Assembly: GCA_040830705.1 (NCBI GenBank)
Contig: JBFOME010000004.1
Location: 3,283 to 67,282 of the forward strand
Length of the DNA: 64,000 nucleotides
Origin: Paracoccaceae bacterium
GTDB lineage: Bacteria; Pseudomonadota; Alphaproteobacteria; Rhodobacterales; Rhodobacteraceae
Direction: 5' to 3'
The translations under genes and the position numbers were made by a program. Under the pieces are notes generated by a model. It was not told the DNA's origin and made no database searches. It saw only the letters and a program-made list of their open reading frames with translations. Shown here piece after piece: positions 49,955 through 59,792 of the stretch (positions within the stretch are counted from its first letter, which is position 1; each line of letters opens with the position of its first letter).

Positions 49955-49987
49955 AAAAGAACCCCGCACCGGCTGGCGCGGGGTTTT
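49955..49987. terminator. Intrinsic (probably bidirectional) terminator after rpmB
   Basis: AAAAGAACCCCGC...GCGGGGTTTT stem with A- and T-runs on either side. Confidence 0.75.
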
Positions 49988-50027
49988 GTCGTTTCTACAC
50001 AACGCTAAAGTCTACACGACGCTCAGC

Positions 50028-50720
50028 TCAAGATGAGACCCGCAGCTCAGCGATGGCTTCCTGAAACGCCGGGTTTGCGGTGATCGCATCCGCATAGGCA
50101 TGTCCCAGAATCTGGCCCGCCAGCACATCCACCGGGTAATGCACCCCGCCCGTCACGCGGCCATATCCGATCCGCTCGGCGAGATTGATGAGGTCATCCT
50201 CATGCTGAGGAAAAGCCTCGGAAAGCAGCCTCGCGTAGACCACCGCGCGGATCGAATGGCCGCTGGGATAGGCGGCGACGGGACGCACTTCGCCGATGGG
50301 CTCAATTGCGTCATTCACGACAAAGGGTCGCGGCAAGTCATAGACCGATTTGAGCGCGTCATAGTCGAAACGCACCTCGTCGATCGAGTGGTCGATCACC
50401 TCTTTCAATGCCGCTGCGTCCACCGTGAACATATCCGGGCCGATGACGGGCCAGAACCGTTCCACGGTCAGGGGGATTTCGACAAACGCGACCTGCTCGG
50501 GCGTGCGTATCAGCTGCTCCCATTCCACAATAGCCATCTGGGTGTCGAAGGCGGCGCTGTCCATTTCGGGTGGCGGCGGGATCAATTCGGTTGCAGTGAC
50601 GCTGCCCTCGGCCAGGTAGTCGTTGGTGGCGGCATAGCTCGGCTGCGTCACGCCGATGGTCAGCAGGGCAAGCCCTGCAGCAAAGGCAGGGGCCGTCAGG
50701 ACGGTTCTGGCAAATGTCAT
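50028..50720 (-). CDS. Exported PAP2-family (class A nonspecific acid) phosphatase
   Basis: Signal peptide; K-X6-RP (KSVYDLPRP), YPSGH, GR-X5-H-X3-D (GRVTGGVHYPVD). Confidence 0.88.
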   Translation of the reverse strand: MTFARTVLTAPAFAAGLALLTIGVTQPSYAATNDYLAEGSVTATELIPPPPEMDSAAFDTQMAIVEWEQLIRTPEQVAFVEIPLTVERFWPVIGPDMFTVDAAALKEVIDHSIDEVRFDYDALKSVYDLPRPFVVNDAIEPIGEVRPVAAYPSGHSIRAVVYARLLSEAFPQHEDDLINLAERIGYGRVTGGVHYPVDVLAGQILGHAYADAITANPAFQEAIAELRVSS

Positions 50721-50966
50721 TTCGGAGTCTCCTTTCCCGGTCGCGCGACGACCCTCGATGTTGTGATCACACCGGAGATGGGGTGAAAACGACCCCGCAC
50801 CAATCGGACGTCACCGGTTTCGTGCTTGTCTGAACAAATCGTAATGCGGGCTTAATCTGCGCTCTTGCGTCATGGTCTGGCGATACTAGTCTGCCGGATG
50901 GAAAAGACCTGAATGTTTCGCGCTTTGGCCAACCAAGCCTGATGTCGCATTTATCGAGGATGCACA

Positions 50967-53342
50967 ATGAAAACCCTATGCCACTGGGTGTTTGAAGAGC
51001 AGAGCGCAAACAGCTTTATGCTACGGATTGAGGGCTGCCATCTATTGCGCGTCGAGATTCTTGAACATGATCTGGCGCGGATCCGCCTGTTGAAGGAGGG
51101 CACATACCGGTTGGATCGCAGTTGGACCGTCGCACCCGAAGGCGATGTGCCCTGGGAGGGGCGCGCGCGCGATGCAATAAGCGGGTTTTCCTGCCCCGAC
51201 GTGCTGGTTGATGGGCCGATGCTGGAGACCGACCATCTGCGCCTGACGGTGCTCACGCCACTGGCGCTGCGTTGGGAGTGCCGCACCGACCCGGACGCGC
51301 CCTGGGTTCCGCTGGCCGAGGATCGCACCACCGGGGCCTATATGCTGGGCAGACGCGACAATCGCGTCTCGCATTTCATGCACCGGTTCCCCGGCGAGCG
51401 ATATTTTGGGCTGGGCGAAAAGGCAGGACCCTTGGAGCGGGGCGGCAAACGCTATGAGATGCGCAATCTCGATGCGTTGGGATACGATGCGCGCAGCACC
51501 GATCCGCTCTATAAACATTTCCCCTTCACGATCACCGAACGTCCGGGGGCGGGCGCGATGGGGCTGTTCTATGACAACCTGTCGAGCAGTTGGTTCGATC
51601 TGGGCAACGAGCATGACAACTATCACGCCGCGTTCCGAAGCTGGCGGGCCGAGGACGGGGATCTGGACCTCTATCTCAGCTGGGCACCAGATGTGCGCGG
51701 TGTGGTCAAGCGGCAGGTCTGGCTGACCGGCGGCACCGCGTTCATGCCGCGCTGGGGGCTTGGCTATTCGGCGTCCTCCATGGCCTATACCGACGCGCGG
51801 GACGCGCAGGACCAGATGGGCGGGTTTCTGGCGCGCCTGCGGGCCGAGGATATCCCCTGCGACAGCTTCCAGATGTCCTCGGGCTATACCTCGATCGATG
51901 GGAAGCGGTACGTGTTCAACTGGAACACGGACAAGTTCCCCGACATGAAGGGGCTTGCGGCAGCGTTTGAGCAGGATGGCATCCAACTAATTGCCAATAT
52001 CAAACCGGTGATGTTGGACGATCACCCGAAATACGTCGAGGCGGCGGAGCAAGGTCTGTTCCTGCGTGACAGCGAAACCGGGCTGCCCGAAGTGTCGGCC
52101 TTTTGGGACGGGCAGGGCAGTCACCTGGACTTCACCAATCCCGACACCATCCGCTGGTGGCAGAACGGCGTCACCACGGCGCTGCTGGAACAGGGCATTG
52201 GCCATACATGGAATGACAATAACGAGTTCGAGGTCTGGGACGATGCCTGCCCCGCTAACGGCTTTGGTACGCCAATTGAGATCGCACAGATCAGGCCATT
52301 GATGAGCCAGCTCATGACCCGCGCTTCGCATGAGGCGCAGATTGCGCATAACCCGGGAAAACGCTCTTACCTGATCTCGCGTTGCGCAGCACCTGGTACC
52401 CAGCGCTATGCTCAGACATGGACCGGTGATAATCGCACCGGCTGGGATACGCTGCGCTGGAACATCCCGATGGGTCTGGGGCTGAGCCTGTCCGGCTTTT
52501 ACAACATAGGACATGATGTGGGCGGTTTCGCCGGTCCCAAACCCGACCCCGAGCTGTTTCTGCGTTGGGTCCAGAATGGCATCTTTCATCCGCGCTTTAC
52601 CATCCATTCCTGGAACGACGACGGCACTGCAAATGAGCCATGGATGTATCCCGAGATTACGCATTTGGTGCGCGACGCGATCCGTCTGCGCTATCGGCTG
52701 CTGCCCTATCTCTACACGCAGCTTTACCGCGCGATACGTGAACATGAGCCGATGCTGCGCCCGCTCTTCCTGGACTATCCCGAGGATCCGGCCTGCCGTG
52801 ATGAGCAATTCGAGTTCATGCTCGGTCCCGACCTTCTGGTTGCCTCTGTGATCGAACCGGAGGCGCGCATCCGCCAGCTTCATCTTCCAGATTGGCCCGG
52901 CGGTTGGTGGCATTACGAGACCGCCAAATGGTACGCAGGCGGAACCGATCTGGACCTGCCGGTGACGCAATCCAGTATTCCGCTCTTCATACGTGGAGGT
53001 GCTGTGCTGCCGCTATCGGATAATACGGTGCGCGCCACGCCTGAGCAGGAGGGGCGTAGGGTCCTGTTGGCTTGCCCGGCACCCGCGGGCGGGTCCGAGG
53101 TCACTTCTTGGGTCTATGACGATGACGGGGATGCCACTGACGCTCCGGCGCGCGATCACTGTCTGGCGCAGGTGTCGCTGTCCTGCGGGCCGGATCTGCC
53201 ACAGCTTGATTGGCGCATATCCGGAACTTATGCCCCTGTTTTCAAACAGGTTGAAGTCAGACATATCGCTGGCACTGAGGTCAATGTCGCGGGGAAGGTC
53301 AGCCCATCCGGCACCATGCATGATTATCGGTCAGACGGGTAA
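50967..53342 (+). CDS. Glycoside hydrolase family 31 (Aec37-like alpha-glycosidase)
   Basis: DPLYKHFPF, SSGYTSIDGKRYVFNWN, nucleophile WNDNNE, acid/base WTGDN, GHDVGGF, RYRLLPYLYT. Confidence 0.92.
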   Translation: MKTLCHWVFEEQSANSFMLRIEGCHLLRVEILEHDLARIRLLKEGTYRLDRSWTVAPEGDVPWEGRARDAISGFSCPDVLVDGPMLETDHLRLTVLTPLALRWECRTDPDAPWVPLAEDRTTGAYMLGRRDNRVSHFMHRFPGERYFGLGEKAGPLERGGKRYEMRNLDALGYDARSTDPLYKHFPFTITERPGAGAMGLFYDNLSSSWFDLGNEHDNYHAAFRSWRAEDGDLDLYLSWAPDVRGVVKRQVWLTGGTAFMPRWGLGYSASSMAYTDARDAQDQMGGFLARLRAEDIPCDSFQMSSGYTSIDGKRYVFNWNTDKFPDMKGLAAAFEQDGIQLIANIKPVMLDDHPKYVEAAEQGLFLRDSETGLPEVSAFWDGQGSHLDFTNPDTIRWWQNGVTTALLEQGIGHTWNDNNEFEVWDDACPANGFGTPIEIAQIRPLMSQLMTRASHEAQIAHNPGKRSYLISRCAAPGTQRYAQTWTGDNRTGWDTLRWNIPMGLGLSLSGFYNIGHDVGGFAGPKPDPELFLRWVQNGIFHPRFTIHSWNDDGTANEPWMYPEITHLVRDAIRLRYRLLPYLYTQLYRAIREHEPMLRPLFLDYPEDPACRDEQFEFMLGPDLLVASVIEPEARIRQLHLPDWPGGWWHYETAKWYAGGTDLDLPVTQSSIPLFIRGGAVLPLSDNTVRATPEQEGRRVLLACPAPAGGSEVTSWVYDDDGDATDAPARDHCLAQVSLSCGPDLPQLDWRISGTYAPVFKQVEVRHIAGTEVNVAGKVSPSGTMHDYRSDG

Positions 53343-53480
53343 CCAAGGAACCAAGATGGCGAAATGGCCTCCCCTCATCCAGCCTGACTGAGACTGCAGC
53401 ATGCTGCAGATCCGTCTACTGTATCCGAACCAGGGCAACTTCGCAGAGGCCTGAGACGCGGGTGTCCAGGTCTACATGCT

Positions 53481-54623
53481 TCAGTTAGCGGCTGTGTCAC
53501 CGGTGTAGAACACGGTTCCGTCCATGATGCGACGCTGGGTTCGGAACGTGCTGGCCGAGATAGCCTCGGGTCCGTCAGAACCTTGTGAAACATCCGCGTT
53601 GACCGGCAGGACACCAGACGGGTTGCCGATACGCACCGGGCTCGCCGCACCGGCGATCTGGTTTACCAGCGTGCCGGGTATGTGGGCCGCCACGCCAGTA
53701 CACATACCCCCGGTCAGGGTGATCGCGCGATGAGAATTGCCCATCGAAATCAGCCGCACGCCAAGATCGTGACTGTCTGTAACATAGGCGGTGCCATCCA
53801 ATGCAGTGAAAACCGCCGATGCACCGATGATGGCCACCTTTGGGTTGGACAGCGCGACCTCGTCAACGGTCGCGGCCATGCCCATCGCCACCCCTCCAGC
53901 GCGTCGAATAGCCTCCATCCGCGCCATGTAGTCTTCATCCGCATCCAGCTCTTGCGGCAGCTCTGTGGCGGTTTTGCCAAGCGCTTCGGCGCGTACAAAA
54001 ACCACCGGGTTGGCCGCGTCCACCAGTGATGCTTCGATCGATCCCAGCCTCTCGACGGTCAACAGATCTAGTGGATTGCCTGTAGGCAACAGCCGGCCCG
54101 TCGCTGCACCACCCGGTTGCAGAAAATCCAACGTGACCCGCGCGCCGGTGCCGGAAACGCCGGGGATAGTGAAGTCACCCTGCTCGACCGGCTGCCCGCC
54201 CTGAACCGGAAAGCGCGCGTGGTAGATCTGGCCAGTATTGGTGTTGAAGATCCGCACCAGCGCCTCGCCCTCAGGGGAAACCTGAACCAGTCCCTCTTCC
54301 ACCGCAAAGGGACCGACACAAGAAGACATGTTTCCGCAGGCGGAGCCATAGTCAGCCACCGGCTGATCCACCGCGATCTGAACAAAGGTATAATCCACAT
54401 CCGCATCAGCACGGGCTGAGCGCTCGACGATAACGACCTTCGAAAGCGAGGAAATCCCGCCCCCCATGCCGTCTAGTTGCCGCCGGTAGGGATCGGGGCT
54501 GCCCAGCACCTGCAGAAAGATGCGGTCGCGCTCTGCGCGGTCCGAAGGCAGGTCGGCACCATTGAAGACCACCGCTTTCGACGTACCGCCGCGATAGAAG
54601 GCTGCCCTCAAACCCTGCCGCAT
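53481..54623 (-). CDS. PrpF-family isomerase
   Basis: RGGTSKAVVF, GSPDPYRRQLDGMGGGISSLSKV, CGNMSS; variant NPSG and RTQRRIMDG; start at 54623, 1 nt after the aconitase stop. Confidence 0.88.
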   Translation of the reverse strand: MRQGLRAAFYRGGTSKAVVFNGADLPSDRAERDRIFLQVLGSPDPYRRQLDGMGGGISSLSKVVIVERSARADADVDYTFVQIAVDQPVADYGSACGNMSSCVGPFAVEEGLVQVSPEGEALVRIFNTNTGQIYHARFPVQGGQPVEQGDFTIPGVSGTGARVTLDFLQPGGAATGRLLPTGNPLDLLTVERLGSIEASLVDAANPVVFVRAEALGKTATELPQELDADEDYMARMEAIRRAGGVAMGMAATVDEVALSNPKVAIIGASAVFTALDGTAYVTDSHDLGVRLISMGNSHRAITLTGGMCTGVAAHIPGTLVNQIAGAASPVRIGNPSGVLPVNADVSQGSDGPEAISASTFRTQRRIMDGTVFYTGDTAAN

Positions 54624-54624
54624 C

Positions 54625-57216
54625 TTATGCCGCCTCCTTGCCCAAAAACGAGCGGAACGCCATGGGCAATAGCCCGCCATGCGCGAAGGTCTCACGCTCA
54701 CGATCGTTGTAGAGCCGCAGGTCAAGCGGTGTCTGAGCGCTTGTGCCATCCATGCGGTGGATGGTCAGCTGCGCCTGTGTCAGGTCGTCGGACAGGGTGA
54801 TGTCATAGGTTTCAGACCCGTCCAAACCCAGCGTCTCGCGCGTCACACCCTCGGAGAAACAAAGCGGAGCGATGCCCATATTCACCAGGTTCGAACGGTG
54901 GATGCGCTCGAAGCTTTCGGCGATCACCGCGCGGATGCCCGCAAGCCACGGGGCCTTGGCGGCCGTGTCGCGGGATGAGCCGCAGCCATATTCCTTGCCG
55001 CCGATCACCACCAGTTGCTGGCCGCGCTCCAGATAGGTCTGGATCGCTTTGAACACAGTTGTGACATCGCCCTCGGGTTCGATCCGGGTCCAGGAGCCTT
55101 CCTTGCCCGGCACCATCTCGTTGCGCAGGCGGTAGTTGGCGAAGGTCGAGCGAATGATCACATCGGAACAGCCCCGGCGCGTGCCGAAAGAGTTGAAGTC
55201 ACGCGGCTCAACACCGTTGGCGATCAGGAACTGACCCGCCTCGGATTCGGGCGTGATCGTGCCCGAGGGCGAGATGTGATCGGTCGTGACCGAGTCGCCC
55301 AGGATCACCAGAGGCCGCAAGCCGGTCAGCGGGGCGACGCCCGAATGATCTGCGCGGATCGACTTCACGAAGGGCGGAAAGCTGACATAGGTGCTGGGCA
55401 CCCAGTCATAGCTGCCTGTGCCGACCTCCAGCGCGGTCCATTCGTCGTTCACCTCTCCGATCGCATTGAAATTGCTGATAAAATCATCTGCTGTCACATA
55501 GGTGTTGATGATCTCGTCCACCTCCTGCGCGGATGGCCAAAGATCGGTGAGCGTAACTGGATTACCCTGCGCGTCCGTACCAAGCGCATCCTGGCTGATA
55601 TCCTTCAGGATCGTGCCCATCAGCGCATAAGCCACCACCAGCGGCGGTGAGGCGATCATGTTGCGCGAGGCCAGCGGATGGATGCGGCCCGCGAAGTTAC
55701 GGTTGCCCGAAAGCACCGCGACACCCTTCACGTCATGCGCCTTGATCGTCGCCTCATGCTCGGGACGCAGGGGGCCAGACATGCCATTGCAGGTCGAGCA
55801 GGAAAAGGCTGCGACCTCAAAGCCAAGTTTGTCCAAATCCTCCTGCAAGCCGCTGTTCTTGAGATACCGCGCGACCACCCGCGAGCCTGGCGCAAGCGAG
55901 GTCTTTACATGTGGCTTCACGCTCAGGCCGCGCGCCACGGCATTGCGAGCGATCAACCCGGCCAGGATCATGTTGCGCGGATTGGCGGTGTTGGTGCAGC
56001 TGGTTACCGCGGCGATGATCACGTCACCATCGCCAATATCATGGCTCGCACCCTCGACCGGCACGCGGCGGGCGGTTTCGACCTCGTCCTGTAGAGCGAG
56101 CGTCCGGGTGGCCTTGTCCAGATCGATCCGCTGTTCGGGCCGCGAGGGGCCAGAGACGGAACGGCCAATGGCGCTCAGGTCCAGCGTGACCACCTGATCG
56201 TATTCGATCCGTGCATCGACACCCTCGGACCACATCTGCTGCGCCTTGCAATAGCTTTCGGTGTTGCGGATCGTCTCAGCACTGCGCCCTGTCTCGCGCT
56301 GGTAGCGGATCGTGTTGGCATCGACCGGGCAGAACACCTGGGTCGAGCCATATTCGGGTGACATATTGGCGATGGTGGCGCGGTCAGCGACGCTCAGCCG
56401 ATCATAGCTGGCCCCGAACATCTCGACAAACGTATCCACCACGCCCAAGGCGCGCAGCTTTTCAGCAACGACGAGCGCCACATCGGTGGCAGTGATGTCA
56501 TGCGAGGGGTCGCCGATCACTTCCAGCCCGATCACGCGCGGCACGTTCACGGCGGTGGTTTCGCCGAACAAGAGCCCCTCGGCCTCGAGCCCGCCGATAC
56601 CCCAGCCGGTGATGCCAAGCGCATTGATCATGGTGGTGTGGCTGTCAGTGCCAAGGCAGCTATCGGGGATCAGCACCTGTGCGTCCTCGTTCGAGGGCAA
56701 CACGGTCTGGCCGAGGAATTCCAGATTGACCTGATGGCAGATGCCGCCGCCGGGCGGGATCACGCGCAGACGCGGGAAACGCGTTTCGCAGGCCTTGAGA
56801 AACGCAAACCGCTCGCGGTTCACTTCGAACTCGCGGGTCATGTTCTTTTCCAGCGCAAACCGCTCGGCCCAGTGGTTGATCGTCATCGCATGGTCGATCA
56901 CCAGATCGACCGGCAAGCTCATGTCCACATCACCTGGATCGCCGCCGTGATCCTCCAGAATGTTACGCATCGCCATGATGTCCACGAGGGCGGGAATGCC
57001 CAGCATGTCATGCAGCAGCAGGCGGGCGGGGCGGAACGGTACGGCGTCGCCCTTGCGATCAGCCACCAGTGCGGCATCTGCTCCGCCCTCGGAATGGCGC
57101 GCGGCGTTTTCCGCCAGCACCCGCAGAGAATAGGGAAGGGTGGTCAGCCTCTCGCCCAACCCTTGCGCATAGTCGATTGCCTGAAACCCTGTGCCTGCCA
57201 CATCAAAGTATCGCAC
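54625..57216 (-). CDS. Divergent aconitase-family hydratase (AcnD/AcnA-like)
   Basis: LPYSLRVLAEN, HQVNLE, GTDSHT, AVTSCTNTANP, CSTCNGMSG (three Fe-S Cys), SGNRNF, GSSRD, FERIHRSNL. Confidence 0.9.
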   Translation of the reverse strand: MRYFDVAGTGFQAIDYAQGLGERLTTLPYSLRVLAENAARHSEGGADAALVADRKGDAVPFRPARLLLHDMLGIPALVDIMAMRNILEDHGGDPGDVDMSLPVDLVIDHAMTINHWAERFALEKNMTREFEVNRERFAFLKACETRFPRLRVIPPGGGICHQVNLEFLGQTVLPSNEDAQVLIPDSCLGTDSHTTMINALGITGWGIGGLEAEGLLFGETTAVNVPRVIGLEVIGDPSHDITATDVALVVAEKLRALGVVDTFVEMFGASYDRLSVADRATIANMSPEYGSTQVFCPVDANTIRYQRETGRSAETIRNTESYCKAQQMWSEGVDARIEYDQVVTLDLSAIGRSVSGPSRPEQRIDLDKATRTLALQDEVETARRVPVEGASHDIGDGDVIIAAVTSCTNTANPRNMILAGLIARNAVARGLSVKPHVKTSLAPGSRVVARYLKNSGLQEDLDKLGFEVAAFSCSTCNGMSGPLRPEHEATIKAHDVKGVAVLSGNRNFAGRIHPLASRNMIASPPLVVAYALMGTILKDISQDALGTDAQGNPVTLTDLWPSAQEVDEIINTYVTADDFISNFNAIGEVNDEWTALEVGTGSYDWVPSTYVSFPPFVKSIRADHSGVAPLTGLRPLVILGDSVTTDHISPSGTITPESEAGQFLIANGVEPRDFNSFGTRRGCSDVIIRSTFANYRLRNEMVPGKEGSWTRIEPEGDVTTVFKAIQTYLERGQQLVVIGGKEYGCGSSRDTAAKAPWLAGIRAVIAESFERIHRSNLVNMGIAPLCFSEGVTRETLGLDGSETYDITLSDDLTQAQLTIHRMDGTSAQTPLDLRLYNDRERETFAHGGLLPMAFRSFLGKEAA

Positions 57217-57287
57217 GTCTCACCCTCCGGTCGTTTACGCGATAGAGCTAGACAATCCACCCCCAACCCCGCAAGGTCGCAGAGAGT

Positions 57288-57308
57288 GCGTTTCACCAGA
57301 GAGAACAC
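57288..57308. promoter_or_regulatory. Candidate IclR operator 1
   Basis: GCGTTTCACCAGAGAGAACAC, imperfect palindrome immediately before the iclR ATG; 17/21 match to the reverse complement of site 2. Confidence 0.65.
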
Positions 57309-57977
57309 ATGTGCGCCACCAGAACGGAATCGGTTGAACGGGCAATGTCGATCCTCAACGCGTTCTCCGCCCAGCAACCTGAGATGACGCTGGCGCAACT
57401 TGCCGAGGAAACTGGCCTGCACAAGAGCACGATCCTGCGGCTGACCAATTCGATGGCGATCTACGGCTTCATCCAGCGCGACAAAGCAGGTGTGTTCAGC
57501 GTTGGTCCCAGTGTCTGGCGGCTGGGCCTGATCTTCCGCCGAGACTTCACAAGGCGTGAGCATCTGGCGCCTGCCTTGCGCATGCTGGCCGAGGCGACGG
57601 GAGAGACCGCCTCATTCTATGTGCGCTCGGGCAATGAAAGGGTCTGCCTTTACAGGGAAAACTCGCCCAACCTGTTGCGGTTCCATGTGGAGGAGGGGAT
57701 GCGGCTGCGCCTGTCCACGGGCGCGTCGGGCATGGTGCTCCGCCATTTCAGCGGCGAGGACGTGGGCGATACCAGTGGGTTCAATGCGGCAGGCACAACA
57801 ATGTCAGTTGGGGAGACCAATCCAAACATCTCTTCCGTTTCGACACCGGTCTTTTCCCGCGAAGGCGCATTGCAGGGCGCCCTGACGGTCTCTGGCCTGG
57901 CCAGTCGGTTCGACGAAGAAGCCCGCAAGGCAGTCGTGCCGCTGCTGGAAAGCCTCGCAAGGTCGCTTTCTGCTTAA
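57309..57977 (+). CDS. IclR-family transcriptional regulator
   Basis: SVERAMSIL, LAQLAEETGLHKSTILRL HTH, ATGETAS, GASG, GALTVSG. Confidence 0.92.
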   Translation: MCATRTESVERAMSILNAFSAQQPEMTLAQLAEETGLHKSTILRLTNSMAIYGFIQRDKAGVFSVGPSVWRLGLIFRRDFTRREHLAPALRMLAEATGETASFYVRSGNERVCLYRENSPNLLRFHVEEGMRLRLSTGASGMVLRHFSGEDVGDTSGFNAAGTTMSVGETNPNISSVSTPVFSREGALQGALTVSGLASRFDEEARKAVVPLLESLARSLSA

Positions 57978-57998
57978 GCGTTCTCCCTGACGAAACGC
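57978..57998. promoter_or_regulatory. Candidate IclR operator 2
   Basis: GCGTTCTCCCTGACGAAACGC (reverse complement GCGTTTCGTCAGGGAGAACGC), 80 nt upstream of the ICL-family lyase ATG. Confidence 0.65.
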
Positions 57999-58077
57999 GA
58001 TTTCCGTCACCTTGATGCCGGGCAGGGGCAGCCGCTAGATACCCGGGATCAATGACTGCGCTCAAGGGAGCCCCACA

Positions 58078-58947
58078 ATGCTGACACATGAGATCAACAA
58101 AGCCTTTCGCGAGCGTCTGAACACGGGCCGCGCGGTGCTGATGCCCGGCGCGGCCAACGCGCTTGCGGCGCGGGTGATCGAGGATCTGGGCTTCGAGGCG
58201 ATCTATATCTCGGGTGCCGGCGTGACCAACACGTTCTATGGCATGCCCGATCTGGGCTTCATCAACTTGACCGACATCGCTCAGCATTGCGCCGCCATCC
58301 GCAATACCAGCGACCTGCCGATCGTGGTGGATGCCGATACCGGTTTCGGCAACGCGCTGAATGTGCATCACACAGTGCGGATGCTGGAGCGGGCAGGTGC
58401 CAGCGCCATCCAGCTGGAAGACCAGGTGAACCCCAAGCGCTGCGGGCATTTCTCAGGCAAGGACGTAGTTGGACTTGATGAGGCACGGGGCCGGATCAAG
58501 GCGGCTGTCGACGCGCGGCAGGACCCGAATTTCATGATTGTCGCCCGCACCGACGCCCGCGCAACCACCTCGCTGGATGAGGCGTTGGACCGGGCGGCGG
58601 CGTTCATCGAGGATGGCGCGGATATCACCTTTGTCGAAGCGCCGGTTTCGGCGGATGAAATCCGAGAAATCCCCCGCCGCCTGCAAGGCACGCCGCAACT
58701 GGTCAACCTGGTGGTCGGCGGCAAAACCCCGATCCTTGGCTTCGACGAGTTGGATGAGATGGGTTTTGGCCTAGTGCTCTACGCCAACGTCGCGTTACAA
58801 GGCGCGCTCTACGGCATGGTCAACGCCTTGTCGCAACTGAAATCAGAAGGGATCATGACCGAGGATGGCCCGCTTGCGGGCTTCCAAATGCGGCAGGAGG
58901 CGGTGCGCAAGGACTACTACGACGCATTGGAGCAAAAATACACCTGA
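58078..58947 (+). CDS. ICL/PEPM-family lyase (methylisocitrate or dimethylmalate lyase-like)
   Basis: YISGAG, GMPDLG, VDADTGFG, QLEDQVNPKRCGH catalytic loop, VARTDA. Confidence 0.88.
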   Translation: MLTHEINKAFRERLNTGRAVLMPGAANALAARVIEDLGFEAIYISGAGVTNTFYGMPDLGFINLTDIAQHCAAIRNTSDLPIVVDADTGFGNALNVHHTVRMLERAGASAIQLEDQVNPKRCGHFSGKDVVGLDEARGRIKAAVDARQDPNFMIVARTDARATTSLDEALDRAAAFIEDGADITFVEAPVSADEIREIPRRLQGTPQLVNLVVGGKTPILGFDELDEMGFGLVLYANVALQGALYGMVNALSQLKSEGIMTEDGPLAGFQMRQEAVRKDYYDALEQKYT

Positions 58948-59792
58948 CCGTTGCTGCCGTCAGAGGTAGAAGAGCTAGCGTCGTTGAACACGCCGAGCAT
59001 GTCGCGGATCAAGGTCGATATCAAAAAAACTGTTCTCTGTGGCAACTTGCCTGTTCGTGCCATTAGCGCGGGTGTCGGATGGGTTCGAGTTCGAAATACA
59101 GGAAACCCTGATCCATCAAAATAACCGGCGTCGACCATCGCCGTCTCTAGAGACGGCGCCGCCCGGGCAACCGCCACATCGGCGCACAACGCCATCCGCG
59201 ATGCAGCAAAGAAGATGCCGCTGCTGCTGGGTTATGCCATGGAATTGGAGGCAAGCAGGAAGACTCCAAGCAACAAGGTCCATAAACCATAGCAACAGAG
59301 GTTCGAACCCGTTGCAGCGAAGCAGCGACATAGGCAGTTATTTTACCATAATCATGATTATCGCTTCTTGCCGCCACTAGGCTCCAGACTGTCGGAGTAC
59401 GTAAATAATGAGACTGAATTATTGAGACTCGCCTCCCTTTGAATTCAACACCTTAGGATTTTTGCGCTTATCTAATGTTTCGAGGGTTTTAGCGCTTCAA
59501 GTCTACGTCAAACGAACGCCAGTGAGCCTGTTCGCAACCTGGAAACCGACGCAGTCTGTCTTACTTGAGTTTGGTTGATCAGCAGAATGCCCTGCCCCAG
59601 CTCACGGCCCAGAGCCGTCGTTCGACCCTAGTCGATTTGCTGCGGTCGCAGCCCGCTTTGCCGCCATTCAATAGGAATGCTCGATCCAGGCGTTGACCGA
59701 GGTCTAGATCGCGGACATAGACGACCTTCATTATTTCATTCAGACCGTCCGCTTTGCGGTTTCAATGGCAAATATAACCAAAGGACTTAAGC

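Noticed and set aside
50967-53342. Sulfoquinovosidase assignment for the GH31
   Set aside because: Nucleophile motif is WNDNNE rather than the YihQ-type WMADFGE, and no sulfoglycolysis genes are adjacent.
59300-59310. GGTTCGAACCC resembling a tRNA T-loop (also GGGTTCGAG at 59081)
   Set aside because: No 5-bp T-stem, acceptor stem or cloverleaf; not a tRNA or evident attachment site.
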